64,000 nt of DNA from Octopus sinensis. Taxonomy: Eukaryota. Within the stretch, counting starts at the first letter, position 1. Each line of letters begins with the position of its first letter. Where the stretch lies: assembly GCF_006345805.1 (NCBI RefSeq), contig NW_021833236.1, forward strand, positions 16,426-80,425. Direction: 5' to 3'. The notes under the pieces are model-generated. The model saw only the letters and a program-made list of their open reading frames with translations. It was not told where the DNA came from and ran no database searches. Below are positions 1 to 13,365 of this stretch, piece by piece. Made by a program: the position numbers and the translations under genes.

Positions 1-365
1 ACATAAATATTCAAGCAAAAACTGAAAATGAAATTAATTGAACAATTATGTGGAATAATATATTCCCAGTTGAATGGACACTAACAATAGCAATTAATAC
101 AACTTTACTTTTCTGTGTGTGTCGGGGGAGAGTGAGAGAAGGGCTATATGTTGTGTGTGTGTGCATATATATATATACATAAAACTGTTTGTATATATAT
201 ATCTATATATATATATATATATAATATATATATTAGTAGTTATAGAATATATGTATATATATGATATATATGTGTATATAAATATATATATATTTATTAT
301 TTTATATATATATTATTTTATATATATTATTATTTTATTAATTAATTATATTCCCCCTTTTTTGC

Positions 366-402
<37 letters not shown>

Positions 403-428
403 CGTGTGTGTGTATGTATGTATGTATG

Positions 429-459
<31 letters not shown>

Positions 460-580
460 GTATGTATTCAAATACGTATTTATTGATAACTTTCAAAATA
501 TATATAGTTACAGACACTTTCACAAACACACACATCTGCATTCATATGTACACCCATCTCTCCGTCTCATTACATGTACA

Positions 581-1813
581 CAGGGTGCGGCGAATAAATT
601 ATCGTCTAAATTATGCAAAAATGATAATAACACTACATTTTACCAAAATTGCATACAAATATCTTGAAATACTAATGAGTAAATTTATTCAGTAAAATCG
701 CCATTGGCTGCAACCACGGCCATCAGACGACTTCGGAATCTCCTGCAGCTCTTCTGGACGGTTTCCTTGTTTTAAGTTGGTGAATGCTGCCTTCAGTTCA
801 TCTTTGGTGTTACAAGGAGTCTTGTTGCTCTCTTGTTCAACAGCACCCCACTAATAATAATCTAGGGAATTAGGTGGCCAGATGTAGGGGTGATGTGGTC
901 GTAGAAATTGTCTGACAACCATGGCTGGGTTCTCCTGCTTGTGAGCCATCGTGCAGAGCCCTGTTGTCAGACATAGGGTCTTCCAGCAGTCACCCTCTTG
1001 ACCCAGGGCAGCACTACCTCCACCAGACACTTGATGTAGGTCTCTGTGTTGAGTCTGAGGCCATGTGAGAAGATGAATGGAGGCACAACATCGCCCTCAC
1101 TAATGATCATTCCAAACACCATATTCTTGACTGGATGTTTGGTTTTTATCACTCTCGGTACACGTTTTGGGGACACATTACGCCAACGGTTGTTCCGTGT
1201 GTTCACCATCTGATCCAGACAGAAACTTTTCTCGTCTGAGAAAAAGAAACGCATGTTCGGTTGCAGGGGATGCTTGAGTTTGCTCAAAAGTGTCGTAGCA
1301 CGGTCTTTCCTCTCATCCTTGATGGCTTGGGATAAAAATCGGTCCTTTCTCATCTTGTATGAGGAATACCGAATGTCTTCATGCACTAGCTGTCTGTTAA
1401 GAAATTCAGACACTCTCATATCCCTGGTGACGGACCCGATTGGCTTGGAGGGACCATTGTCAATCATGGCCTGGATCTCACTAGCAAATCCAGGAGTTGT
1501 TTTCTTATCAGAGTAAGTTTTCAGCGCTGTCGTATCTTCGTAATCATCCTTAGACTCATCCAACACTTTCTGAATTATCTGCACTGTCCTCAGATTGACA
1601 CCCAAACATTCTGAAATGTTCGTATTGGAGCTTCCGACGCAGCAAGTCGTTTCTAAATTTCTAGCAGATTGAATTGCGTCATGGTGCTGTTTTTCTCACA
1701 GATAGTGCCCAACTGACCCTACTATATTCTGTAGTCGGCAAAATAAAAAAAAAACAATGCGTATTCGGGAAATTAAGGATATAAATTGGCGACAATTTAC
1801 GCATCGCACGCTG
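581..1813 (-). mobile_element. Degenerate Tc1/mariner-superfamily DNA transposon (maT/DD37D-like)
   Basis: Imperfect TIRs (CAGGGTGCGGCGAATAAATTATCGTC at 581; revcomp CAGCGTGCGATGCGTAAATTGTCGCC ending 1813, followed by TA). They flank a transposase relic. Confidence 0.85.
967..1605 (-). pseudogene. Transposase remnant (DDD/E domain)
   Basis: ORF contains FFSDEKSF, NTRNNRW, KTKHPVKNMVFGMI, PPFIF and a YV*QQGSA motif (a decayed WQQDSAP). It is broken by a stop, and decayed homology continues toward ~680. Confidence 0.85.
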
Positions 1814-2283
1814 TACATACATGCATGCATGCATACATACATACACGCATACATATACACGTATATTCATTTGTACACATCCATCTTCTACTCTCCGTCT
1901 CTCTCACACACACACACTCTGTGTATTTTTGCATACTCTCCTCCCCCCTCTCTCTCTCACACACTAACACACACATATGTATAAAGAGGGAGAAGGGAAA
2001 AGTGATAAATGGAAAGATTAGCGTGTTCTTGTGTTTTGGAGAACATGCGTGTGTATGTCTGTGTGTGTACGTGTGTGTGTGTGTGTATCTGTGTCTGTTT
2101 TTGTGTGTGTGTATTCATTGTGTATTCGTTTGCCTTGATTTATGTTTGAGTGGGTTTGTCCACCTATGCGTGGTTCTGTTTGTATGTGCTCGTGCACATC
2201 ACTGTATTTCCTTGTACTTCTATGTGCGCGTATGTGTACATATATATGTATGTATATATATATATATATAGATATATTATATA

Positions 2284-2318
<35 letters not shown>

Positions 2319-2376
2319 TATATATATATATATATATACATATATTTATATACATATATATATATATACATATATT

Positions 2377-2441
<65 letters not shown>

Positions 2442-2814
2442 GTATGTATTATATATATATATATATGTCTGTAGTTTAGTAATTAGATGCAGCTGAAGGA
2501 ATGTGGCGAAGCTGGAGCATCGCCAACTGTTGTTACTGCAACTTCATTAATCCCTCTTTAATAGTTGGAATTTGATGAACGAGGGAGACTGATGGTGCTG
2601 CCCTCATTCTGTCTTCCAGCCATGAAATTGGCATATATGTATATGTGTACATGTGTTTGTGTATGTGTGCGTGTGTGTGCGTGTGTGAGCGTGTGTGCGT
2701 GTGTCTATGTATGTGTTTATGCAATTATATGTGTTTGTAAATATATGTATTTATATACATACATGAATACATACATATGCATGTATTTATGTATGTGCTT
2801 ATGTATGTATTATA

Positions 2815-2893
<79 letters not shown>

Positions 2894-3227
2894 CGAGCTC
2901 ACACACGCAAACATATCCAAATGATATTTGTTTTGCGTATTATGAATCGGTAGAATATAAAATGAGAAAGTAACTGTACAAAAAACAAAATATATTTTGC
3001 TAACTTCTAATTCCCTTCAATCTTCAATTAGCGGTAATTAATTGCTCAGAAGATTAACAACGGAAACCAACAACAACAACAACAACAACGTTAAAACCAA
3101 TAGAGAATATTTTCCTACTTTGGACCTCCGCTCACTCTATTTTTGTCAGAGGAAAATTGTCGGTTAGATGGACCCCAGTATTTAACTAGTATTATAATCT
3201 ATCGATTCCAGAATGTTGTTGAAGCCG

Positions 3228-3347
3228 CTTGGCCTAGTGGTTAGGACGATGCACTCATAAGCGAGGTTTCGATTCCTGGAGCGTAGAATGCGTTGAGTCC
3301 TTGAGCAAAACACTTCATTTCACGTTTCTTCACTCCACTCAGTTGCC
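3228..3347 (+). mobile_element. tRNA-derived SINE fragment, family D (CORE-like)
   Basis: A box TGGCCTAGTGG, B box GGTTTCGATTCC, then GTCCTTGAGCAAAACACTT. Similar to 4430 and 56608. Confidence 0.6.
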
Positions 3348-4097
3348 ATCGAAAAATCTTTATATGTGTTGGTTGGTTGGTTGGTTGATAGATGTCTTCA
3401 ATCACGCTTTAAATCGGAGAGGGAGCGAGAGAGAGAGAGAGAGAAAGAGAGAGACAGTAGAGGAGAAATAGAGAGGGAGTTAACATAAAGAGGTACAGGA
3501 TGGTTGCAGATACTAGGCTTCGTAGCAGGCAACAAATGAAAGAATGCTACACTCACAATAAGAGAGAGAAAAATCAAAGAGACAAGGAAGACGAAGGGAG
3601 AAGAGAGAGAGACAGAGAGAGAGGGAGTAAATGTTTAAGTTACGGAAGCAGCAATGTAAATGAGAAATAACGACAAGCTGTTCTCTACAGACAAAATACA
3701 ACAGCGATTAGCGCATTCGCGTTCGAATCTGCCGGAACGTATTTAGAAAGAATATTTGCGATTATTTTATTTATATTTATTTGAAGGTTGTATATATTTT
3801 TCTTTGAAAATTAGTATTCATTTCAACATTTTCCATACGCACCAAGAAATCTCATTAATGTTAAATAATGATTATTGCATGTATGGCACACATGCAATAT
3901 TTCTAATGTTCTCCACGGTAACAAAAGTAGGAAGGTTTTATTAAGTCTTTTGCTATTACGCATTATTTTCTCTAATATTAATTCCCTAACTCGGCAATTA
4001 AAAACGTCTTTGTTAAAATTACACACAGGTTCGCTTGGTCATTCACCATTCTTGTAACCCTAGAGGTTACAGTCTTGTGCCGTAGAACTCATAATCT

Positions 4098-4312
4098 TTT
4101 CTACTGGAAGCACAAGGCCTCAAATTAGGGGCAACGGATTAAGTCGATTGCATTGATCCCAGTGTGTAACTAGTACTTATTTCTTCGACCCTGAAAGGAT
4201 GAAAGGCAAAATAGACCTTGGCGGAATTTGAATTCAGAACGTAGCAGCAGACGAAATATCTATTTTCATTTCTTTACTACCAACAAGGGGCTAAACACAG
4301 AGAAGACAAGCA
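4098..4312 (-). mobile_element. SINE family C fragment
   Basis: Matches the CGACCCCGAAAGGATGAAAGGCAAAGTCGACCTCGGCGGAATTTGAACTCAGAACG unit seen at 9220 and 21428. Confidence 0.75.
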
Positions 4313-4429
4313 AGAAATAATGCAAATGAATTTCAATATGGATTGAGTGGCTTATGCCATTATCCTGTTTATTATCATCAGCTGGACCCTCAGTAGTGGT
4401 TTTAGTGAATCCTGTCTGTTGGAATTGAG

Positions 4430-4662
4430 GGTACATGGCCAAGTGCTCAGAGTGTTACACTCACGAAGTGAAGGGCGTTGCTTCGATTCCCGGAACGAGC
4501 GTGCGTTGTGTTCCTGGTCAATGCCCTTCCGCTCACGCTGCTTCTCTCCACTCGGCCGTAAATCAATGATCCTGCAGGAGACCGTTGTCCCCTACAGGGG
4601 TATTGTTGAAACCCGCATCACTTATAGGATAAGAAACCGGGTAACCGGCCCTATGAATCCGA
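4430..4662 (+). mobile_element. Old tRNA-derived SINE, family D
   Basis: Decayed A/B boxes (TTCGATTCCC), CORE-like GTTGTGTTCCTGG, and a GAAACCGGGTAACCGGCCCTATGA tail shared with the 56608 copy. Confidence 0.6.
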
Positions 4663-4966
4663 AAACAAAGATCGTTATGTCCAGGGGTTGACGATGATGA
4701 TGATGATGATGATTAGGGTATTGGTGGCGGCAACGGCGGCAGTGGTGGTGCTGGTGCTAGTGGCTGTAGTGGTCATCGTCACGGATATGGTAGTGAAAGT
4801 GATAATAATGTCTGTTAGAAGCATACGACCGATGTCTTCAGTCTGGGGAAGGATTCGCGCGCCATATCTGGCCTCCTTTTCTTCACAACCTCATTCCTTC
4901 GTTATCTCACCCCAACACCCACACCTCTATTCTTGGAGCCTCTGGAAATTGTTATGGGCAGAGCCC

Positions 4967-5017
<51 letters not shown>

Positions 5018-5543
5018 GAACCACAAAATAAATAGATAAATAAATAAATGAATAAAAATGCCAACAATAACAGCAACAAACGTCTAATATATAAACGCCG
5101 GTGCAATGTGGGTAACAAGGTCAGAACAACAGTAAAGTGAGTGAACCAATGATAAGACGAGGTGGTGGTGGCGAGGGGGGAAGGCGTTCTATGATTGTAC
5201 TGTTAGAATGGTGTACGGTTCTCACACTCACTGCCAAAATATATGAATGATATTTGGACCCATTTATAAACCGGTTTCGTGTGTCAAGATTGTCACTGAT
5301 CTTATCAAAGTCTTTTAGCGAGGCTCCCGCGTGGATTGGCTCTCAAGTGCTGGCTGCACATGTACGAACAAACAACAAACTGTAATTTATTAAATTGCTC
5401 TTGCTATTGCCGCAAATTTTATATCTATCTATCTGTGCACCAACCCCCCACACACACGCACACACATTTATAAATATATGAGTGTGTAAATATATTTGGT
5501 TACATGTATGCATATACTAATGTATCTATGTATATGTACAGTT

Positions 5544-5575
<32 letters not shown>

Positions 5576-5577
5576 AC

Positions 5578-5611
<34 letters not shown>

Positions 5612-5673
5612 CACGCATACACATATATACATATACATGCATATATATATATATATGTATATATGTGTATATG

Positions 5674-5733
<60 letters not shown>

Positions 5734-5941
5734 GGTACTTCTCTGTGTACACAGCCTTCCATAAGTATATAATAAACATATATACATATATACATACATA
5801 TATATATATGCATAGATATATACACAACTGTATTTATATTCATGTAAATAAGTTTATGTATGTAAGTATATATATATATATGTATACATATGTGTGTGTG
5901 TGCCTGTGTGCGTGTGTGCTTATGTGTGTGTGTGTGTATAA

Positions 5942-5973
<32 letters not shown>

Positions 5974-6058
5974 TGGTTGCCTCACATATCATGTACTGCT
6001 TCCTGTGGGCTTAACTCATCTAGTGACTAAACGTTATTACAAGTAGTCACATTATGCT

Positions 6059-6329
6059 CTAGAAATAGCAGCCAAATCTCCCAACAGTCACAACCGAAAA
6101 CATTAATAATTTTTTTTTTTAAATCACATCTCGTAGTGAAGTCTCGGATACGCAATTTCCGAATAATAACCGGGATGATCACGGTTGGGCTGTCATTGTT
6201 CAGGGAAATCAGAACGGACATCGGCTTAGATAACGAAATCAATCCCATTTTTGTTCTGGATATTAGGAAAATATTAAGTATTAAACATTTGAAACGGAAG
6301 ATTTGAGTGTGACTTGGCTGCTATATTAG
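6059..6329. mobile_element. MITE
   Basis: Imperfect TIRs CTAGAAATAGCAGCCAAATCTC ... GTGACTTGGCTGCTATATTAG; no coding capacity. Confidence 0.55.
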
Positions 6330-6792
6330 GCTCTGCTTCTACCACATGGTTGCTCTCTCCCGTTCTCTCGATATTTCCATTGGTCCTTTTCGTTTAATGT
6401 TCGGTATTCCAGCTACGACTAACTTATTGAATTGTTTTAACTCATAGAAAGTCTTAATCTAGCAGACATAGGATAAAAAAACAATCCATCCGTAATCCTC
6501 ACGCCTTAGAATGGTTATTTTGCTCGAAGAGGTGCTGATCGCGAAAGCATTGCATCAAAGACATCATATTTTGCATCATCCGCCATCTTTGTGGTATGCT
6601 TTTATGGATAAAACAAGTCATCGCATCACTTCTCACTTTCCTGGTTCGCATTTTGGAAAGACATGGATTCGCTCACTTCAAGAATCGGCAAGAACATTTC
6701 ATATTCAATTTCAGAACCGTAAAACAAAGGGATTTAGATTGTTTACATTATTTACATTTGACGGATATTTGTCCTCGTCTTGTTTGTTGTTA

Positions 6793-6836
6793 ACACAACA
6801 TTTCGGCTGATATACCCTCCAGCCTTCATCAGGTGT
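6793..6836 (-). ncRNA. Minimal type-I hammerhead ribozyme
   Basis: Minus strand: ACAC CTGATGA A GGCTG gagggtatat CAGCC GAAA TG TT GTGT. Stem I ACAC/GTGT, stem II GGCTG/CAGCC. The stem III CG has probably decayed to TG; UH = UU. Confidence 0.8.
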
Positions 6837-6897
6837 CTTGGGGAAATTTCCAACCTGGGTTCTCATTCCGTAGGTATTTTTCAATGTTATTATTGTA

Positions 6898-6955
<58 letters not shown>

Positions 6956-7000
6956 TATTATTATTATCATCATCATTATTATCATTATATAATAATGATA

Positions 7001-7033
<33 letters not shown>

Positions 7034-7070
7034 ATATACACGGGTCTGTATGATTGTGTATAGAAGAATT

Positions 7071-7448
7071 TATTACTCAAAGAAATTCCAACTTTGATTT
7101 TCACATTATATTTACAATCTTATAATAAAATATTATGAGATAATATAATATAATGAAATGGTAGAATATTAAATGTCCATTCTAATTGAACTAGTACTTT
7201 CATGCATTAAACTATGCAATCTTCAGGTTCATGTAATAGTAGTGGTGACAGTTAGGTTTTACCATTTACAAAAGGTGTCACCACTGCTACATGAACTTGA
7301 AAAGTACTAGGTCAATCAGAATGCATGAAAGTACTAGGTCAATCAGAATGAAAATTTAATATTCTACCATTTCATTATATTATCTTATATTATATCATTA
7401 TAAGATTGCAAATAAAACGTGAAAATCAAACTTGGAAATTGAGTAATA
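7071..7448. repeat. ~380 bp imperfect foldback palindrome inserted in (TA)n
   Basis: Arms match in revcomp (TATTACTCAA/TTGAGTAATA; ATAATGAAATGGTAGAATATTAAAT/ATTTAATATTCTACCATTTCATTAT; GTAGTGGTGACA/TGTCACCACTGC). There is a short tandem duplication in the right arm. Confidence 0.9.
7187..7231 (-). ncRNA. Minimal type-I hammerhead ribozyme
   Basis: Minus strand: TGAAC CTGAAGA T TGCAT agttta ATGCA T GAAA GTAC TA GTTCA. Intact core, 5-bp stems I and II, palindromic GTAC, UH = UA. Confidence 0.85.
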
Positions 7449-7450
7449 TG

Positions 7451-7484
<34 letters not shown>

Positions 7485-7744
7485 ATATATATATAATATA
7501 TATATATATATATACATACACACACATATATATATATATACGTAAATATGTACATGCTTGTGTGTATGTATGTACGTTTGTGTGTATGTGTGTGTGTGTA
7601 TATAGAATGATAAGAACAGGTACTGTTAAAATAGTTTATTATTTTAACAGTGCAGGCAACATTTGTGAATCTCATTTAGATGTTTCATCAGGTTGTCTCT
7701 CCTCCTCTGCCTCTCAGCATCAATTCAGCCTTTTCCCATGATTC

Positions 7745-7775
<31 letters not shown>

Positions 7776-8331
7776 GACTCTCTCTCCCTCTCTTTCCTTC
7801 AAACACAAATACATTTCGTCACAACTGCTGAAACGAAACGTTCTTTTGCAAATGTACTTTACATCTTCTCTCTGATGAAATGTTAATAAGAAGTGAAGCC
7901 AGTGATCAGCTTTTAGAAGAAAACACAGATTCACAGGTTCAATTCTCGCTACCAACTTTATTTTCAATTGTTCATAAATATACGTCTTCTATTTTCTATC
8001 TTCTTCGTCTCTGAGTCAATAGACTTCAGTAATGTTGGGACAGCGTCTTAAAGAGATTCGTCTAAATCGACCCCTGTACTGGTTTTGCTGTGTCTTATAC
8101 TTATGTCAACGATCTCTTTCGTCGCACCGCTAGCTTGCGGGGACTTAAACAAACCACCACTGGTTGTCAAACACAGAGACTCTCGGTATAGATGCAGCAA
8201 AGAAATGGTTTTTCTTCCATTTTACTTGATAAAAATAGATTAATTCTCAAACTAATAAATCACTGATTCATTTCTCAAATACGACATCCATTTGCAAAAC
8301 AACATATAAATTAGTAATTAGCTCAAGTATG

Positions 8332-8630
8332 GGCCCCTATCCAGGGTCACGGAAAGGAGAGAACCTTCAAAGAAATCCGGAGTGGAGCCCCGAAGGTGGT
8401 TTAGTGTTCGACACGACACTCTTCCGGCAGTCCCTGCAACCAAGCTGGTGCCAAACGTAATGCACTGCACTCCACTGGACTACATCAGCAAGGTCGAGTG
8501 AGGAATCCTGACGATTGGGCTACCCAGGATTTTCCAACATCTAGCCCAGGCCTGCGCAAAACTGGAGAGGACACTTCAGTGCTGCTGTGAATAGTGGCAG
8601 AAAAAAACACAGGAGGTAGCAGTCACAATG
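8332..8630 (+). mobile_element. GC-rich repeat fragment, possibly an RTE-type LINE 5' UTR
   Basis: GC-rich island (CCGGAGTGGAGCCCC...CCAAGCTGGTGCCAAACGTA...GGACTACATCAGC) resembling RTE 5' regions from memory only; no ORF support. Confidence 0.35.
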
Positions 8631-9219
8631 AAAGAATCGCTAAATACAGCGGTCCACAAATTGACAAATACAAGCTACGCCCCACCAAGAAATATTAATC
8701 AAGTATTTTGTGCCCCGCCACCTCTTCATCACATACATACACGCATATATATATATATGTCACGGAATTCTTCAAATTCTCCGTCTACCAAATCCACTCA
8801 AATGGCTTTGACGACGGAGTTATAGTAGAAGAGACTTGTTCAGGGTGCTGTTCAGTGGGTCTTGAACCCAAAACCGCAATAACTGGGCAGCAAACTTCTT
8901 GCCAATACAATCACGCATGCGCATAGCCACGCCTGTATATTTTGGTGGAGTGAAGGAGAGAGGATGTCAGTGTGACGCTAATTGAGAATAAATTCGAGAA
9001 CTAAGAGGAATGTGCTACCTCGCGAAAATAGATATTTTTTTCAAGAATTACTCAAACATCCATATTTATTCGCACGCATATGCTTGAACACACACACACA
9101 TACACACACACACAAAAACACACACACACTAACACACACAAAAACACACACACACACTAACACACACACACGGCGTATTTTAACCATTCTGCGAACTCGC
9201 CGCCTTAGATTATAGTAAT

Positions 9220-9617
9220 TATTTCTATTCTAGGCACAAGACTTTGAAAAGTTTTTGGGAAAGGAACTAGTCAATTATATTGACCCCATTGCATAACTTG
9301 TACTTATTTAATCGACCCTGAAAGGATAAAAAGCGAAGTCGACCTCGGTGGAATTTGAACTCATAAGGTAAAGACAGACGAAATACCTATTTCTTTACTG
9401 CCCACAAGAGGCTAAACACAGAGGGGACAAACAAGGACAGACAAACGGATTAAGTCGATTATATCGACCCCAGTGCATAACTGGTACTTATTTAATCGAC
9501 CCCGAAAGGATCAAAGGCAAAGTCGACCTCGGCGGAATTTGAACTCAGAACGTAGCGGCAGACGAAATACCGCTAAGCATTTCGCCCGGCGCGCTAAAGT
9601 TTCTGCCAGCTCGCTGC
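9220..9617 (-). mobile_element. tRNA-derived SINE family C, dimeric body
   Basis: Head GCGAGCTGGCAGAAAC..., B box GAGTTCAAATTCC, central GCCTTTGATCCTTTCGGGGTCGATTAAATAAGTACCAG (Meta/MESC-like from memory). The body unit occurs twice. Confidence 0.85.
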
Positions 9618-9769
9618 GTTAATATCAATAATAATAATAATTTCTACAGTAGGCCGATGGCCTGACATTTGAGTGAGGGGCAAATCGATTAAAACGATCC
9701 AGGTCCTATCTGCAATAGAGCGTGTCCGATATAACCCCTTAGTCCGCAATGCTCAAGCAATGTACATTT

Positions 9770-10110
9770 TGGCCGGCTCTGTAAGTTCTGAGTTCAAATT
9801 GCACTGGGATCAACTTTGCTTTTCATCATTTCGGGGTCGATAAAATTAATTATTTGTCAAATATTGAGGGTCGACGATATACTCTAACATCCATTCCCAC
9901 GAAATTGCTAGCCTTTTGTCTAAATTTCTAGACAAACTCATTTGCGCGTCCAACAAAAGGCTTAGCAGCATTTCATCCGTCTTTACGTTCTGAGTTCAAA
10001 TCCCGCTGATGTCCATATTGCATTGCATTCTTCAGGGCCGATAAAATGAGTAGCAATCGACCGCTGTGGTTGGTGTAAGTGATTACACCCCTCACCCCCC
10101 CAAAAAAAAA
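9770..10110 (+). mobile_element. Two decayed SINE family C fragments
   Basis: GTTCTGAGTTCAAAT...TTTCGGGGTCGATAAAAT motif at ~9785, and a more decayed copy at ~9987. Confidence 0.65.
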
Positions 10111-10205
10111 ATTCAGGTTTTGTAATTTTGTGACCTCCTCATTAATTTCATCATCATCACCACCACCACCACCACCACCTTCAGCATCAACATCATCATC
10201 AAAAT

Positions 10206-10265
<60 letters not shown>

Positions 10266-10882
10266 CATCCGTCATCGTCATTGTCGTCGCCGTGGTTGAC
10301 GTCGTCATCCCGTTCGTCAATTTCATCATCATCGTTAACATTCTCAACACAATCATCATCATCATCGTTGTCATAGTCGTCGTCATCATCATCATTATCA
10401 TCGTTAACATCGTCCTTGGCGTCGCTCTCATCGCCGTTGTCATTACTTCTGTTGTCATCAATTTCTTCCTCGAATCGTCTTCTTCGGCGTCTACTCCATC
10501 ATAGCTGATATGTCGATAAAAACAACAAAATGATTATCAATGAAAATGCAAGCATCATCATCATCATCATCATTAACAACAGCATCACCATAATCGTCAT
10601 CATCGATAGCTACTTTTTGTTGTGGCAGCAGTGAGTCTCTCAGAGAGGAGAATGTTATCAGTGTGATCAGAAGCCATCTTCATTCGCCGCCATTTTCTGT
10701 GTCCACTCGTCAGTGATATATGACTTGTCAAACCAACGAGAACAATAGCGACATGCACATGCCACCGTAGATAACTCCCCCTCTCCCTCTCTCTCCCTCC
10801 TCCTCCCCCCTCTCTCTCTGTTTCACTTTCTTCATATACATACACATGTATACGTACACACATGTATGTGCGTGCGCACATG

Positions 10883-10944
<62 letters not shown>

Positions 10945-10969
10945 CATATATGTGTGAGTGCGGGCGTGT

Positions 10970-11005
<36 letters not shown>

Positions 11006-11074
11006 TACATATATACATACATACATACATACATACATACAATGAGAGAGAATGTAACGAATAGGCAAACAAGC

Positions 11075-11143
<69 letters not shown>

Positions 11144-11239
11144 TAGATAGATAGAAATATACATACTCACAAACGCACAAACATACCTTTTGTCTTTAGC
11201 CCTTCCCGTTCTGTGCCGCACATTTTTTCCGGTTCTGCT

Positions 11240-11560
11240 CACTATTTCTTCCTTTCGGTTGCCATTTGCTTTCCACTGTGTCAGGTCTTTCTGTACGGTT
11301 AAAAAAAAAATTCTGTTTTTGTTCGTGCATCTTTACTATTCCGGTTTAGGCTTTTCTACTGCCTACGTGTCACATTGAGGGTTCGATCCCAGCACCCCTT
11401 TCATTAGATAACAGCCAACCACTTCAAACTTCTTGAGTTTACCATTACAACCTTTCTATTTTCCTGAAATAGTTCCATATTACTGATTCACTCCGTTTTC
11501 TGTACATTATGTGTACAACGCTGCAAAGCCATTTTTTCTTTACTTTAATCTAGCTGCCAT
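11240..11560 (-). mobile_element. Highly decayed LINE (RTE-like) 3' fragment
   Basis: Minus translation (NSRSLKWLAVI...VGSRKA...TERPDTVES) loosely follows the RTE C-terminal RxRWxGH...GxR...DR pattern, with many stops. Confidence 0.3.
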
Positions 11561-12155
11561 ATTTTACTAAAATGAACTCCATTTTGAATTGGAAGCCCGC
11601 ATTGTCAAGTATTAACCAGATGCTGATTCATTTCAAACTGTTGGCAAATCTACCAAAAAAACTCCTCGGGATTTCCCAATTGTGAGTTTCACATCTTCCT
11701 CGCTACCGCCATCCGCACCTGCTCTACTTCATCGTTTATTATAAACGTTTTTCCTAACAACCAACTCCAGTTTCTTTTATAAAAATTAATATTCATGCCA
11801 ACACGTAAACGCGTGCAACAAGATCGTTAATGTGACGTTTACGTTTCACGACAATGTCAGTGAGATGATTGCACTTTGACCCAAGGATGGATCCTGATTA
11901 CTTTATGATTGAGCTTGCCTTACCATCGCAATAGCCTCGCAAAATGCAGATCCTTTAGCATGAAGCCATTGCCCCACATGAGACAGTGTCCTGTTCAGTC
12001 CACCTGCCTCAATATATAAGAAATATATCACGAGACTGAAGGGGAACAGAAACAAATCATAACCATGCCTGACACTAGATTCAACAGCAAAACACGCTGT
12101 CGTCCCCTCATTAACATTTCCCCAGCATTATACATAACCTTCATTACATCTTATG

Positions 12156-12545
12156 CTTTATTATTTACTTGTTTCAGTCTTTGCAATGCGGCCATGCTGG
12201 GGCACCACCTAGAAGAGTTTTAGTCGGACGTATAGACTCCAGTCCATAAATTCTTTTTAAAGCTTGGGTTTTATTCTATCGGTGTCTTTAGCCGGACAGT
12301 AAATTGATAAGGATGTAAACACACCATCACCAGTCGTCTAGTGGCACTGGAGGACAAACACAGACACAAAAACACACACATATATACGACGGGCTTCTTT
12401 CAGTTTCCGTCTACTAAATCCACTGAGAAGGCTTTAGTAGACCCAAGGCTTTAGTAGAAAACATTTACCCAAAGTGCGACGCAGTGGGACTGAACCTCGA
12501 ACCATTTAGCTAGGAAGCAAACTGCTAACCACATAGCCACGTCTT
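12156..12545 (-). mobile_element. tRNA-derived SINE family B (old copy)
   Basis: Collinear with 26828-27274, including the internal (CA)/(TA) microsatellite. Confidence 0.85.
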
Positions 12546-13120
12546 CACCTTATTGGTTTTATAATGTCAGAGAATTTGGTTGACGGAAACTGCGTGAAGT
12601 TAAAAGGATTCGTAAACGTTTGAGGATTTGGTTTTTCACAAATCATTTCTGTTTAAACTGCTAAAAGCTTTTTAAAAGCTGATGAAGTTAAGAGCTGCAT
12701 TTCTATTTGATGGCGTTTTTATTTCTGTGTGGAAACGTAACTACGTCAGCGGTTCATTGTTTCTTTAAAGTGAACCCAAATTGTAGGCCTCTTAAAAATT
12801 TTAATTTTCTGCCTCATCGTGCTGAACTCAATAACTGAAAGTAGCTTAGGATTATCAGCCATTTCTTCAATAAGATGGTACTGCGACAGGCCTTCGGTAG
12901 AAGTTTAATCTATTGTATGTAAATTGGTGAAAAGATACGTGAAATACTCCGTTTACGGGTTCTGAGTATTTTCATTGTCTTTGATTAAATAATATCCATA
13001 TATAGAACGAAGAGGAGGGGAGTAGCTGATTGGTGAGTATGAAATTACTGCTTTAACAACAACAACAACAAATTTTGGTTTGCAAGATTCTTTATATGAG
13101 TTCTTGTGTTGAAGCATGTT

Positions 13121-13362
13121 CTGTTGTGTCTGGGGAGAGTCCTTTTCTTTTTGTGCCTTATATTGTAACAGACTCACCAGTAAAATTTCCACTTATTTCT
13201 TATTTTTATTTTCCTAACATTTTCGTTGCGTCTTGCAACATTTTCAATACTATTGAAAAGGTTGCAAAACGAAAATGAAAATAAGAAATAAGTGGAAAGT
13301 TTACCAGTGAGTGTGTTATATTATAAGGCACAAAAATATATGACTCTCCCTAGACACAGCAG
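13121..13362. mobile_element. Palindromic foldback MITE centred at 13250
   Basis: CTGTTGTGTCTGGGGAGAGTC...TTTCCACTTATTTCTTATTTT...TTTTCAATA c TATTGAAAA...AAAATAAGAAATAAGTGGAAA...GACTCTCCCTAGACACAGCAG. Confidence 0.85.
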
Positions 13363-13365
13363 TAT

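Noticed and set aside
119-695. YIYI/CVCV ORFs here and throughout the window
   Set aside because: Dinucleotide repeat artefacts.
10664-10718. CTGACGA...GAAA on the minus strand
   Set aside because: Stem II is marginal, and there is no stem III pairing or palindrome.
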